64,000 nucleotides of DNA, from positions 620,001 through 684,000 of the forward strand of contig NC_043018.1 in NCBI RefSeq assembly GCF_006345805.1, written 5' to 3'. A model generated the notes under the pieces. The model did not search any database. It saw only the letters and a list, made by a program, of their open reading frames with translations, and had not been told where the DNA came from. Every line of letters starts with the position of its first letter. Within the stretch, counting starts at the first letter, position 1. This document shows, one piece after another, positions 40,184 to 54,057 of the stretch. A program made the position numbers and the translations under genes. Source of the stretch: Octopus sinensis (lineage: Eukaryota).

Positions 40184-40557
40184 TCTCTCTTTTACTCTTT
40201 TACTTGTTTCAGTTATTTGACTGCGGCCATGCTGGAGCACCGCCTTTAGTCGAGCAAATCGACCCCAGGACTTATTCTTTGTAAGCCCAGTACTTATTCT
40301 ATCGGTCTCTTTTGCCGAACCGCTAAGTGACGGGGACGTAAACAACACCAGCATCGGTGGTCAAGCAATGCTAGGGGGACAAACACAGACACACAAACAT
40401 ATATATATACTCTTTCTCTTTTACTCTTTTACTCTTTTACTTGTTTCAGTTATTTGACTGCGGCCATTCTGCAGCACCGCCTTTAGTCGAGCAAATCGAC
40501 CCCGGGACTTATTCTTTGTAAGCCCAGTACTTATTCTATCGGTCTCTTTTGCCGAAC
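40184..40557 (-). mobile_element. Two tandem SINE A 3' halves
   Basis: Tail-to-microsatellite segment 40184-40400 followed by a near-identical repeat at about 40420-40557. Confidence 0.85.
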
Positions 40558-40973
40558 TTGAATACTGAACTTTTGTTTCTGATTTACGTAGACTGATTTG
40601 CGATGTGGCCCATGTATATGTGAGCTATTTCTAGCAGGTTATTATTTCGTGTCGGATAATTATTGAATTGTATTTCAAGGCTTTACGAAGTTCTGTGCTT
40701 TGACAAATATTTTCTACTTTCAACACTTTGCATTTGAACACATGCGTGCATGTGTGTATTATGCTTATGAGATCAGTGATATGACTCAGAATGGGCCATG
40801 TTGTGAATATGAACAACTTAGACATAACAAAGAAATTATAAAATATAACAAAGAAAATATAAAATTCTCAACTTGTGAGAATTATATCCGAGTCTTCTCA
40901 ATTACCAAAGCAGCAAATGGGAAAAGCGCTATATGAAAAGAAGGGAATTCTCCAAAATTTACACCCAATTATA

Positions 40974-41390
40974 GGCGCAGGAGTGGCTGTGTGGTAAGTA
41001 GCTTGCTAACCAACCACATGGTTCCGGGTTCAGTCCCACTGCGTGGCATCTTGGGCAAGTGTCTTCTACTATAGCCTCGGGCCGACCAATGCCTTGTGAG
41101 TGGATTTGGTAGACGGAAACTGAAAGAAGCCTGTCGTATATATGTATATATATATATATATAAATGTGTTTGTATATGTTTGTGTGTCTGTGTTTGTCCC
41201 CCTAGCATTGCTTGACAACCGATGCTGGTGTGTTTACGTCCCCGTCAATTAGCGGTTCGGCAATAGAGACCGATAGAATAAGTACTGGGCTTACAAATAA
41301 TAAGTCCCGGGGTCGATTTGCTCGACTAAAGGTGGTGCTCCAGCATGGCCGCAGTCAAATGACTGAAACAAGTAAAATAGTAAAAGAGTA
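40974..41390 (+). mobile_element. SINE family A, full length
   Basis: Consensus match. Confidence 0.9.
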
Positions 41391-42170
41391 ATTGAAGAAA
41401 AAGATAGGAATATCGTACCAATTATTCCGACTCAGTAAGCCACGAAATCAACACAATTCTCCCTAATGTGTATCCAAAAACCAAAAGAGGAAAATATATT
41501 CATATATTGCTTATGACGCTTGTTCAGTGAGAAACATGTGTCCACAAATGTCCTTGTATCTCCAAAACATTCGTCTGCCATTTACCTATTTTCGTACCAA
41601 CTTTGGTTAAATTCTTGATTCTGGAGATTTCCTCCACTAATCGAATGGAACAGGGCTCAATTACTACTTGTTAATCGTTACTCATGTTTTAGAGTGGGAC
41701 GTAATTTTCTCAAAAGAAGAATTGCTGTAATATGTTAATCGATATACTTATATATGTATATGCTATTAATATGCAGGTTATTAGCCATTTTAACCAAATT
41801 CTTTTAATTCATTTTTCACAATTTTTCAAATTTTCGAACAAATTAATGTCCTACCCTTTTTTTGTATATATGTGTATGTTTCTATTGAGTTACAACCTTT
41901 CTTAAATTTTTGCTGATGGGGAGTATTGAGGCCAAAACAGGTCTCCAAGAATATTTTATTTTCCCCTAAACAATAAGTCTCTGGCTTTTATTTCTTATTA
42001 GTTTGGAAAATTCTTTAACCCTGAGAATGTCTCTTCTCATTTTGGAGTCGGTATTATTTGGCATGTGATAATCATGGCGGTGGATATAATTACAGTTGAA
42101 CAAGTACATGTTGTGTGGTATTTGTTATTCACGTATTTGTCTCTCTCTCTCTCGCTCTCGTTATATATAT

Positions 42171-42212
<42 letters not shown>

Positions 42213-42220
<8 letters not shown>

Positions 42221-42604
42221 AAAGTAAGGTTGTGTGTCTGTCTCCTACGATTTAGACTCCTAACTACTCCCACATTTTGCGGTGCAGTTTAACCAAAACT
42301 GGGTATCTTATAGTCGTGATTCATATCGAGCCCTTCTGGATATTAGCGCGCGTCTACGATGAGTCTACGATTTAAAGAAAAAATTACCATCATTTTTTCC
42401 CATTTTAATGAATTTTTCGCTATTATATAAGGGAAGTAACTCTCTAAAAATGTCTACGATGAGTCAACGATTGAAAAAAAAAAATTACCATGATTTTCTT
42501 TCCATTTTTAATGCATTTTTTGGATATTTTTGGGCTATAACTCTCTAAAATGCTTATATAGTTATTTCCCTTACAAACCCGAGCAACGCCGGGCGATACT
42601 GCTA

Positions 42605-42605
<1 letters not shown>
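42213..42605 (+). mobile_element. Non-autonomous Helitron, copy 3, embedded in (TA)n
   Basis: Same body as 16064-16459; hairpin plus CTAG then T at the 3' end; 5' TC appears as TT. Confidence 0.85.
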
Positions 42606-42672
<67 letters not shown>

Positions 42673-43358
42673 TATATATATACATATATGTATATATAGC
42701 GTCTATTTGTAGGTTGGTATGCATTTGCCTTTATTCAGTACGCTTTGAAACACAAAAGCTTACTTGAATTACATGTACTTATGTGAAGTTAGTTGTCAGA
42801 TTCCATAGTTAATATGCTAGCTGAATTGAATATATATACTAAAAGTGCATGCACACTTTAAAACTGTTAATGATTTCATTCCGAGAAAAAGAAAAAACAA
42901 ATCAAGTATAAAAATTATCTTACATGAATATTGTATATGACGTATACAATATGTCATATACAGTTCACATGGTTTCTAAATAATTGCTGAATGACTAATA
43001 TATGTTTCATGGAAAGATACATTCATTAATTGGCATATCATAAATATTTTAATATAATAGTGCATGATCCGTTGATTTATAAAGGCAATCTGAAATAATT
43101 GTTTCTCAAAACATTTCAATATATTACAAAATCTACTTGCATAAAAATTAATCAAGCAATAAAGAATAAATTAAAGGGGCTTTTGATGTATTTGTTTTAA
43201 TTGTGCCACTATGTGGTCGTCTTTATGTCTCATATTTCATGTATAATCATCCATATATATATATATATATATATACATGTGTATAATACGCTTGACTGTC
43301 AATGTGCATACACTTACACACACATGAACATATATTTATGCACATGCATTACACACTT

Positions 43359-43396
<38 letters not shown>

Positions 43397-43570
43397 GAAA
43401 GAATGGAGTTGAACGACGAATTAACAAAATTCCTTTATTTTCGACATATGTTTCGAAGGCTGTGAATTTGCTATGTTTCTCTGATGTGAATTTGCTACCC
43501 ATGTATCGGTTATCCATAACAAGATAATTCCTTCAACTACGCAAACATTTATATATATATAAATAGGTGT

Positions 43571-43848
43571 GTGTGACTAGGGTGTTAGCGAACACGTATA
43601 ATACAAGAAATAACAGCTAAAGCACTCTACTGCGGCACTTAACACACATGAATGTAAACATATAGCCTAACACGGACCGCAGTTGTCCGAAATATTCCGA
43701 TCGATATTGTTTAGTACCGTCGTCAGTTTCGGCGATTTCCGTTGCCTCGGAGTGTATGTGTTTTCACTCATGTGCGTCAACTACAGCATTAAAACGCTTT
43801 AGCTCTTATTTATAGCAATGTGGATATTCCCTAACAACTAAGTCACAC
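43571..43848. mobile_element. MITE-like element with ~50-bp imperfect TIRs
   Basis: gtgtgactagggtgttag...aaataacagcta versus tagctcttattt...ctaacaactaagtcacac. A related element lies at 57731-57918. Confidence 0.55.
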
Positions 43849-43979
43849 TTAGAGACAATTATATTTCTCCTTTTTTGTGAAACATTCAGACTGCTTTTTT
43901 TTAAAAAAAATTATGTAGACACATTAGCAAACCGTTAATTCATCCAATGATTTGTATGACGAAATCAGAAATAGTAATA

Positions 43980-44425
43980 TTCTTTTACTCTCTTACTTGT
44001 TTCCGTCATTTGACTGTTGCTATGTTGGGGCACGGCCTTTAGACGAGCAAATCGACCCCAAGACTTATTCTTTGTAAGCCTAGTACTTATTCTATTGGTC
44101 TCTTTTGCTGAATCGCTAAATTGCGGGGACGTAATCACACCAGCATTGGTTGTTAAGCGATGTTGGGGGGGGGGGGACAAACATAGACACACAAGCCTAA
44201 ACACGCACATACATATATACATACATACATACATACATATATATATACATATATATATATATACATATATATGACGGGCTTCTTTCAGTTTCCGTTAACC
44301 AAATCCACTCACAAGGCTTTGGTCGGCCCGAGGCTATAGTAGAAGACACTTGCCCAAAGTGCCATGCAGTGGGACTGAACCCGGAAACATGTGATTCGTA
44401 ATTAAGCTACCTACCACACAGCCAA
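43980..44425 (-). mobile_element. SINE family A
   Basis: Reverse-complemented consensus. Confidence 0.85.
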
Positions 44426-44535
44426 GCTAAAACCGCGTCGTCTTGCATACTACGTTTTCTGTTGTCTCTCTAAGAATAACATCTATGTCATCCTCCTCTG
44501 AAACTATATCTCTTGAAATATTAAAAATCTATTTC

Positions 44536-44536
<1 letters not shown>

Positions 44537-44599
<63 letters not shown>

Positions 44600-44611
44600 T
44601 GATGATGATGT

Positions 44612-44643
<32 letters not shown>

Positions 44644-44707
44644 ATAATAATAATAATAATAATAGTAATAATAATAATAATAATAATAATGATGATGATG
44701 ATGATGT

Positions 44708-44779
<72 letters not shown>

Positions 44780-44815
44780 TGATGATGATGTTACTACTAC
44801 TACTACTACTACTAC

Positions 44816-44851
<36 letters not shown>

Positions 44852-44863
44852 TGATGATGATGT

Positions 44864-44919
<56 letters not shown>

Positions 44920-44934
44920 TAATAATAATAATAA
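44537..44934. repeat. Higher-order trinucleotide array [(TAA)n(TGA)n TGT (TAC)n] x4
   Basis: Directly visible. Confidence 0.95.
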
Positions 44935-45403
44935 TGCCGCGTTTAAATTGTACCTCATCTCATGCCTGTTGAATGAATGTGACAGTAACAACAGTTATAT
45001 GATCTGTAGGTATAGGTGTTAAATGTTCTGCTTAAATATAAAAATATTCATGGCTCTATTGATTTTTCTTGATTTTGTGTTTATTTCGACAAACAGCAAT
45101 CTATCTTTTAATGGAGTGAACTTGCGGACTGAGATATTCTTTCCGATTATATGTGTCACAGAGGATGGTGTGTCAGCGGATCAGTAGCGCGTCAGCTATC
45201 CTGTCTTTATACATTTTGTCTGATTCCTTACGTCTGAGATCGAATTCTGGTAAAAATCCGCTGTACTTTTTTCATGCCTCTTTTGTCAGAAAATTAAGTA
45301 ACAATCAAGTAATGAAATCAATAATATCAGCTAATTACACCCTTAAACAATACATGCTAGCCTTAATCTCCAGCCTCAATTTTAAGTGATAGGAGTGGCC
45401 ATA

Positions 45404-45825
45404 GGCGGAGGAGTGGCTGTGTGGTAAGTAGCTTGTTTACCAACCACATGGTTCCGGGTTCAGTCCCACTGCGTGGCACCTTGGGCAAGTGTCTTCTGCA
45501 ATAGCCTCGGGCCGACCAAAGCCTTGTGAGTGGATTTGGTAGATGGAAACTGAAAAGAAGCCCGTCGTATATATGTATATATATATATATAATATATATA
45601 TATATATGCGTGTGTGTATTTGTGTCTGTGTTTGTCCCCCTTGATAACCGATGCTGGTGTGTTTATGTCCCCGTAACTTAGCGGTTCGGCAAAAGAGACC
45701 GATAGAATAAGTACTGGGCTTACAAAAGAATAAGTCCCGGGGTCGAGTTGCTCGATTAAAGGCGGTGCTCCAGCATGGCCGCAGTCAGATGACTGAAACA
45801 AGAAAAAGAGTAAAACGAGAGTAAG
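45404..45825 (+). mobile_element. SINE family A, full length
   Basis: Consensus match. Confidence 0.9.
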
Positions 45826-46348
45826 AGTACGTATAATAGTTTCTATGAATGATTATGTAAGAGATAGACACGTGCACACACACACACACACACACATACC
45901 TTCAAATTCGTTTATGCGAAACGTTTCTAAGTGCGCTGATAACAGAAGCTCCTATGTTACTTACTCCAGCTAGCGCTTATGATGCCCATCTTCGAAATTA
46001 ATTTTATGGAATGGTTATTACTCTGATGTTGCTACACTGTCAGATGAATATATTAGTAAGAAGAGCATTTGCGAGGTTTAAATACCGAACAACATTTTGA
46101 GTAGTGTAAATTGGTAAATATCCCTAAGCTAAAACTTTGATTCATAGAAACACTAAATGGAATTTTTGCCTGAAATACAATTAATAAAAAAGTAAAGGTG
46201 AAACAAGTGAGCATCAAATATATAGTGCGTGTGGTTTTTAATGGCTAAACTGGCAACAGGACCATCCCCAAATACAAACATATATATACATAAATGCAAA
46301 CTCACACACTCACACGCACACACACACACACACACACACATACACACG

Positions 46349-46380
<32 letters not shown>

Positions 46381-46424
46381 CCTAAATGCAAACTTACACA
46401 CTGACACACACACACATATACTCT

Positions 46425-46646
46425 AACTCTTTACTCTCTTACTTGTTTCAGCCATTTGACTGTGGTCATGCTGGAGCACCGCCTTTTTAGTCGAGAAAAT
46501 CGATCCCAGGACTTATTCTTTGTAAGCCTAATACTTATTTTATCGGTCTCTTTTGCCGATCCGCTACGTTACGGGGACACGTAAACAAATCAGCATCGGT
46601 TGTCAAGCGATGTTGGAGGTACAAACACAGACACACAAACATACAT

Positions 46647-46687
<41 letters not shown>

Positions 46688-46860
46688 CACATATATACGA
46701 CGGGCTTCTTTCAGTTTCCGTCTACCAAAGCCACTCATAAGGCTTTGGTCGGCCCGAGGCTATAGTAGAAGACACTTGCCCAAGGTGCCACGCAGTGGAA
46801 CTAAACTCGGAACTATGTGGTTGGTAAGCAAGCTACTTACCACACAGCCACTCCTACGCC
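46425..46860 (-). mobile_element. SINE family A, full length
   Basis: Reverse-complemented consensus. Confidence 0.9.
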
Positions 46861-47503
46861 TGTATACATTTTATATGTGTAGGTATTAATACTATAATAT
46901 TTTTTAATCTTGAACACATATCCTCGAGTAAATTCTATCGAAACCGCTAGAAGGAAGGGAAGATTCGAAAGTGGAACACAATGCTATACGACTAAATGCC
47001 TTCAAGCTTACTTCGTTCATCTCCTAATAGGTCACACTAAAGCAAACTTCACGTACTCCCTGCAACCTATCAAGTCATTAATCAACATTTTCTCCTAAAA
47101 GCTAATTAACCAATATACAATTGAAATTATTGTTTAATTTCAGTTCAGCACTGATATAGCAGACCACTACTATCTGAAGCACACTCATCATGTCCACTCA
47201 TCATGCTTATATCGGGGAATGTGTCTTGGAATACAATGCACAGTGACTATTTGCATTGAGATTTTGCATATATGAGATTGTAATTGAGTAACGATTTCTA
47301 TCTGACAATTTGAGCCTGTAGGTGTTCATCAATTAGGTTGATTCATTTGTTGTGTAAATGGGATGGCAGATTTTGGAGTTATATTCTGTGGCTGTAAAAT
47401 TTGTGGTCGTAATTACGACGGTGATGTTTTAGCAAATATATATCTGCCCCCCTGCAAGCCAGTGTTGAAATGTATGTGTATATATATTATATGTATATAT
47501 ATA

Positions 47504-47537
<34 letters not shown>

Positions 47538-47557
47538 TATATATATATAATATATAT

Positions 47558-47595
<38 letters not shown>

Positions 47596-47741
47596 ATATG
47601 TAGTGTGTGTTTTATTTTCAACTTTTGGAAATGAAATGTGTACAATAACATTGTATATAATTTCGTTGGAAGCTGTCTCTTGCAGCACACCCTCATGCAC
47701 ATATACATACGAGCACACAGATACACACACACGCACGCACG

Positions 47742-47789
<48 letters not shown>

Positions 47790-47825
47790 AACACACACAC
47801 ACCTGGCCGGAATCAGATCGCCATG

Positions 47826-48028
47826 TCGATTCGCTTGCTTCTGCACGCATTTTTTTCTCTCCTTTTTTCTCTCCTTGTTTCTTTTCTGTGTATCTTTCTG
47901 TTGAAGAGCGTAGGCTCGAAACGTAAAAGACCTGTTTTATTTATATTCTTGAGCGCCATACTAATACAATTGTTTGTTTGTATTCCACCTGCCTTCGTCT
48001 TTTGTTTATTTTCATAAAGCTTCCCGTT
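47826..48028 (+). mobile_element. HHR element subfamily F2
   Basis: Homologous to 6931-7093 and to 54055-54238 (minus strand); lies between (CA)n and (TA)n. Confidence 0.8.
47893..47930 (+). ncRNA. Minimal type I hammerhead motif (GUA triplet, A6U variant)
   Basis: TCTTT CTGTTGA A GAGC GTAG GCTC GAA A CG T A AAAGA; 5-bp stem I. Confidence 0.6.
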
Positions 48029-48049
48029 ATATATATATATATATATATA

Positions 48050-48081
<32 letters not shown>

Positions 48082-48088
<7 letters not shown>

Positions 48089-48225
48089 AGGTAATTCCGA
48101 TTTATAAATAAGATTTTCCGAACTTTCCTTCCTCGCATATATATATATATATACACAGTAATATCTTCTGCGAGGAAGGAAAGTTCGGAAAGTCTTAATT
48201 TACAAATAGGAATTACCTAAAATTA
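48082..48225. repeat. Fold-back inverted repeat with ~56-bp arms and a ~31-bp (TA)-rich spacer
   Basis: Arm 48082-48137 versus the reverse complement of 48169-48225; about 4 differences. Confidence 0.95.
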
Positions 48226-49373
48226 TGAGCCAGTACAAATTCACAACGAATGCATTAACACTGTATTCCTGGATTGAAGACAATAATGTGTGATATGATG
48301 GAAATTCTCTTATATTTACTCAAAACACTCATGAAATGTGATAGATAACCTAACTACCTGTAGCTGTAGTAATACTGATTTAAAATTTTAGCACTCGGCC
48401 AGCAATTTCAGTGGACGTGATAAACCGATAACCTCAATCCCAGCGTTCAACTTGTACTTAATTTTATCGACCTAGAAAGGACGAAAAACAAATCTAACTC
48501 GGCGTAATTTCAACTCGTGTTGCTCTAATATAAATTTGAATTTTGGTACTTGGCAAGGAAGTACCGGTGAGAGGCAAGTAGATTATGTCGACCTTCATGC
48601 TTTAGAGATACGTATTTTATCGACCCCGAGAGGATGAATTGTAAAGTTGTCCTGCTGGAACATGAACTCAGAACGTGCTAACGATTCTGCCAGTTCGGCA
48701 ACTTTTGTTTCAATAGGAATATTGATTTCAAATGCTGTCACAAAACTGACAATTTCGGGAGAGGGGATAAATCGGTTACAACGACTCCAGTGCTACAGTG
48801 CTGGTATTTTATCAACCCCGTAATAGATGAAACGCAAATTCGACCCCAGTGGCATTTGAATCCACAACGTAAGAAAAAATGGAATGCGTTTTGTCCGGCG
48901 TGCTAGTGTCTCTGCCAGCACGCCGTCTTTTACTGGTGTAGGTATATTAGACGTTCATTTTGAAGACAAGTCTGTATTCAACGACTGTATTGCTGTAGAG
49001 TTTCCACGAGCCACGATATATATATATAATGTATATAGTACACTTTGGTTAAGGTTGGTTACCTGCATTTTTTTCGATACTTGCAGCATACCAAACTAAC
49101 AAGCAACACCCGCTTCCTTAGCTGTTATCAAATACGTCTACGCCTAGACATTAAAAATTTAAGATTTTGCTCTCCCACCTATATTTCAAGAAAAGTTTTA
49201 GAAAGAATGGGACTAATTGAATACTTTTAGTAGTTAAAGGAATATAGACAGTAAGATATCGCAAGTTAACGCCGGTGGAGTTCGAAATCGATACCTAATC
49301 ATTGCAATGCTGCATTATATATATATATATATTATACACATACATATATATATACATATGTATATATATACAT

Positions 49374-49420
<47 letters not shown>

Positions 49421-50031
49421 AGGTACGCGTTATACGTTTTGGTTCAGTGTCTAATTATTCGGAACACAGTTTCCCGTTTAACAACAAAGAGTAACATTTC
49501 ATTTTACACAGTTCACTTAACAAGCTACGAATTTACGAATGCCTACTTTAAACAAAAACAAGAACAATATAACGCCATATATACACACTCATACACACAC
49601 ACACACACAAAAAAAAACCTCCATCAACTCCACCGTCAATAACATATGCAAGAACAACGAAACTATCAACAACGCCAACACCATCGAGAACAATAGAAAT
49701 GGCAACAGAACAACGAACAATGCATGGAAAGATTGGCTTGCAATCAAGCGGTCTTATGGGTAATTTAAATGAGCTGCTTTCAAGACAATAAATCACATCT
49801 ATTTTGCTAGATGGTTCTAATGGACAATTAGACTAAAAGCTTTCATACTTGATCTCAAACAAGCTTTCTCGTTGAAACTTAATATCAATTAAATGGTGTG
49901 GTTGTATTGCATAGACATTGCTCATTTCATGTTAATAGATATTAGGGTGCTATTTAAATACTCTGTCTCTCTGTAACTCTATGTACTTCTGTTCCTGCCA
50001 CTCCCTGTCTCCCCTCTCTCATTCTCTTTCT

Positions 50032-50073
<42 letters not shown>

Positions 50074-50464
50074 CTGTCTCCTTTTGTCTTTCGATTATTC
50101 TCTTTGTGGTTTTCCCCATTCTCACTGTCTATGATAAAAATTATGACAAAATTAACACTGCAGCTCTTTGAAATCTATTAATATATAATACAAGGGGGAA
50201 AAAAACGAAACACTTTTATCACTAGACAACTCTACAAGGTCCCCCCCCCACCGCCACCACCACCACCACCACCACTACCACCACCAAGATGAGTGTTAGT
50301 AAAAGACAAATAGATTTTACGTACTTATGTATCGCTCACTTTGCTCTCTGTGCATCTCTTTCTCTCCCTCTCTATCTCTCATTCGCACCCTGTGCATCTC
50401 TCTTTCTCTCTCTCTGCGCATCTGTTCCTCCCACGTTGTATGTTTATCTGTATCTATCTATCTA

Positions 50465-50549
<85 letters not shown>

Positions 50550-50558
50550 GTCTATCTG

Positions 50559-50597
<39 letters not shown>

Positions 50598-50681
50598 GTC
50601 TATCTATCTATCTATCTATCATCTATCTATCTATGTATCTATCAATCTATCTATAGCCGCTTTTGCGAAGTATAGCAGATG

Positions 50682-50716
<35 letters not shown>

Positions 50717-51029
50717 GTATGTATGTATCTATGTATGTATATATACTCGCATCTACTATATATATCTATATATCTATATGTATGTATGTACCTATGGGTA
50801 TGCAATTCGCTCTTACGAGCTATCGTGGATGCCAGTGCAGCTTTAAAAAAAACGCGTGGTAATTCATTGGCTTATAAAAAAAAATACTTGAAGGCATTAA
50901 ATTAGACACCAATCTGCGATTTAAACCACTCATCTACCAGTGAAAAGACTTTTATGACATCACTATAGCACCAGTGTGACTATACTGTTCTCAAATGTAC
51001 CATTTCTGGAGCACATTTAGAAATATTCT

Positions 51030-51431
51030 CCTTCTCTTTTCTCTTTTACTTGTTTCAGTCATTTGACTGCGGCCATGCTGGAGCACCGCCTTTAGTCGAG
51101 CAAATCGACCCTGGGGACTTATTCTTTGTAAGCCCAGTACTTATTCTATCGGTCTCTTTTTGCCGAACCGCTAATTGACGGGGACATAAACACACCAGCA
51201 TTGGTTGTCAAGCAATGCTAGGGGGACAAACACACACACACACTCACACATATATATATATACATATATACGACAGGATTCTTTCAGTTTCCGTCTACCA
51301 AATCCACTCACAAGGCATTGGTCGGCCCGGGGCTATAGCAGAAGACACTTGCCCAAGATGCCACGCAGTGGGACTGAACCCGGAACCATGTGGTTGGTTA
51401 GCAAGCTACTTACCACACAGCCACTCCTGCG
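51030..51431 (-). mobile_element. SINE family A, full length
   Basis: Reverse-complemented consensus. Confidence 0.9.
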
Positions 51432-52319
51432 CCAAATATGCTTATGTTAATTTCGAAAAGAAATTAGAGACACCTAAATGTCTCTTATGGGAAGAAACTT
51501 GAGCACGAAAGAAGCTATGTCCCCTCATGATAAGTTAGAATATACTTATAAAAGAAGGAACGCTACAGGAGTTCATGTCTGGTTTGAGATGATATTCTAC
51601 AGTGTTAAACATGATTAATTATTTTCCGTAAAAGAAACCTCGACTGGAAGGTCAAGGTTGAAATGGTTTTCTTCTTGCTAATTGCAATAACTCAAAGATG
51701 TCGTGTACCTAAACAGGACCAATAGAAAACACAGCTCGCCGGATTATTCTTAGTATTAAAACTTTTCTATTATAGGCACAAGACCTGAAATTTGAGGGGA
51801 GGGGACTAGTTGATTAGATTGACCCCAGCACGCAACTGGTACTAAAATTATCAATCCCATAGATGATAGAAATCAAACTGAAATCCGGTAGTAACGGAAT
51901 TTGAACTCAAAATGTAGCGATGGGAGAAATACTGCTAAGCATTTCGTCCAGCATTTCTAACAAGGCTTTTGTTGGCCTGTGGTTGTACTGGAAGACACTT
52001 TCCCAACACGTCACCCAGTATAACAATTCCCAGAAACATGGTTGAGAAACAAACATCTTACCACACATCCCCTCTTCACCTCTACGGTGCCTGCTGTAAA
52101 TAATATTCAAATCTCTGATGAATCGGAATTTATCCATTTAGAAGGGATAAAGATTACTACATAATTTTCTAAAATACGCTTTTGAAATATACGCTTTTGA
52201 TACTAAGAGAAAGGATTTGATTATCGGTTTGTTTTAAGAGGATTAACCTGCGAGCAATACATAAATCAAATCCAGGATGCCGATACTATTTACTTCAATA
52301 AATGTATCTATCTTAATTG

Positions 52320-52910
52320 TTTTATTTATCCCAGTCAACAGATTGTGGCCCTGGTGGGGCACCACCTCGGAGAATTTCTAGTCGAATGAATCGGCCGCTG
52401 TGCTTTTTTTTCAAAATCTGGTACTTATTCTGACGGACTTTAGTCAAAACTATTTCTTTACTACCCACAAGGGGCTAAACGCAGAGGGGACAAACAAGGA
52501 CAGACAAACGGATTAAGTCGGTTACATCGACCCCAGTGCGTAACTGATACTTAATTTATCGACCCCGAAAGGATGAAAGGCAAAGTCAACCTCGGCGAAA
52601 TTTGAACTCAGAACGTAGCGGCAGACGAAATACGGCTACGCATTTCGCCCGGCGTGCTAACGTTTCTGCCATCTCGCCGCCAAAACGCTAGGTTACGGTG
52701 ATGGGGACAAGCACAGACACAAAAATACATACACCCACAAATATAATATACGACGGGCTACTTTCAGTTTTTGTTTACCAAATCCACTCACAAGATTTTG
52801 TTCCGCTAGAGGCTTTAGTACAAGACACCGAAGGTTCCACACGACGAGACCGAACCTGGAGCCATGTGGTAGGGCAGCAAGCTTCTCGCCACACAGCCAT
52901 GTCTGCGCCT
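52320..52910 (-). mobile_element. Old SINE A interrupted by SINE B
   Basis: Diverged A segments at about 52320-52450 and 52687-52910. Confidence 0.65.
52451..52680 (-). mobile_element. SINE family B
   Basis: Consensus match; short TSD caaaac at 52445-52450 and 52681-52686. Confidence 0.9.
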
Positions 52911-53329
52911 ATGTTAGATTTACAAAGAATTCATTGGAGGGATTCGATCTCGCAAGGCCTTAAAAAGGATACAAGTCTCGTACTGTCGAAAACCTTAGAT
53001 CTCCTTTCTCGCAAGGTCTTACATCAGGAGATAAAGTAATGCTATCATTCAATGGCACTTGTCCAGGAGTGTGTTAAGGCTACCAGTAGACGAATAAATA
53101 AACGCCATTCGCTATAAATCAGGTTCTAGGTTTATCGATCTGGAAGTCATAGATAGAAGAGAACGGTCGACCCGTCGGGATTTGATTTTAGCACGTAGAA
53201 GCAGGAAATTAAATATTAGATCGGGTATCTGCCGTATATGTAAACTTTCTGCTTTCAAATGAATTAAGCGATTCCAGTATGCATGCGGAAAACCCGAAAC
53301 CCAGATGCTGTCACTATCTGTCACTGTCC

Positions 53330-53372
<43 letters not shown>

Positions 53373-53520
53373 ATCTCTCTCTCTCTCTATCTCTCTCTCT
53401 TTCTTCCAGTATTTCTCCTTCCTCTCTTTCTGAATTTCTTTATATCTCTATAATATGTATCATGGATTGTGTACAAAGCTTGAATCACGGGAACAACTAA
53501 AGTGTATATTACACTTTACA

Positions 53521-53908
53521 CTTTACTCTTTACTCTTTTACTCTTTTACTTGTTTCAGTCATTTGACTGCGGCCATGCTGGAGCACCGCCTTTAGTCGAA
53601 CAAATCGACCCCGGGACTTATTCTTTGTAAGCCCAGTACTTATTCTATCGGTCTGTTTTGCCGAACCGCTAAGTGACGGGGACGTAAACACATCAGCATC
53701 GGTTGTCAAGCAATGCTAGGGGGACAAACACAGACACACAAACACACACACACATGCATGTATATATATACATATATACGACTGGCTTCTTTCAGTTTCC
53801 GTCTACTAAATCCACTCACAAGGCATTGCCCAAGATGCCACGCAGTGGGACTGAACCCGGAACCATGTGGTTGGTTAGCAAGCTACTTACCACACATCCA
53901 CTCCTGCG

Positions 53909-53910
<2 letters not shown>
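53521..53910 (-). mobile_element. SINE family A with a small internal deletion
   Basis: Reverse-complemented consensus. Confidence 0.9.
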
Positions 53911-53955
<45 letters not shown>

Positions 53956-53977
53956 TGTATATATATTCTCCCCTATT

Positions 53978-54054
<77 letters not shown>

Positions 54055-54057
<3 letters not shown>

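Noticed and set aside
49548-49796. ORFs on both strands in an AAC-rich segment
   Set aside because: It looks like a decayed (AAC)n region, with no convincing splice acceptor and no recognisable protein.
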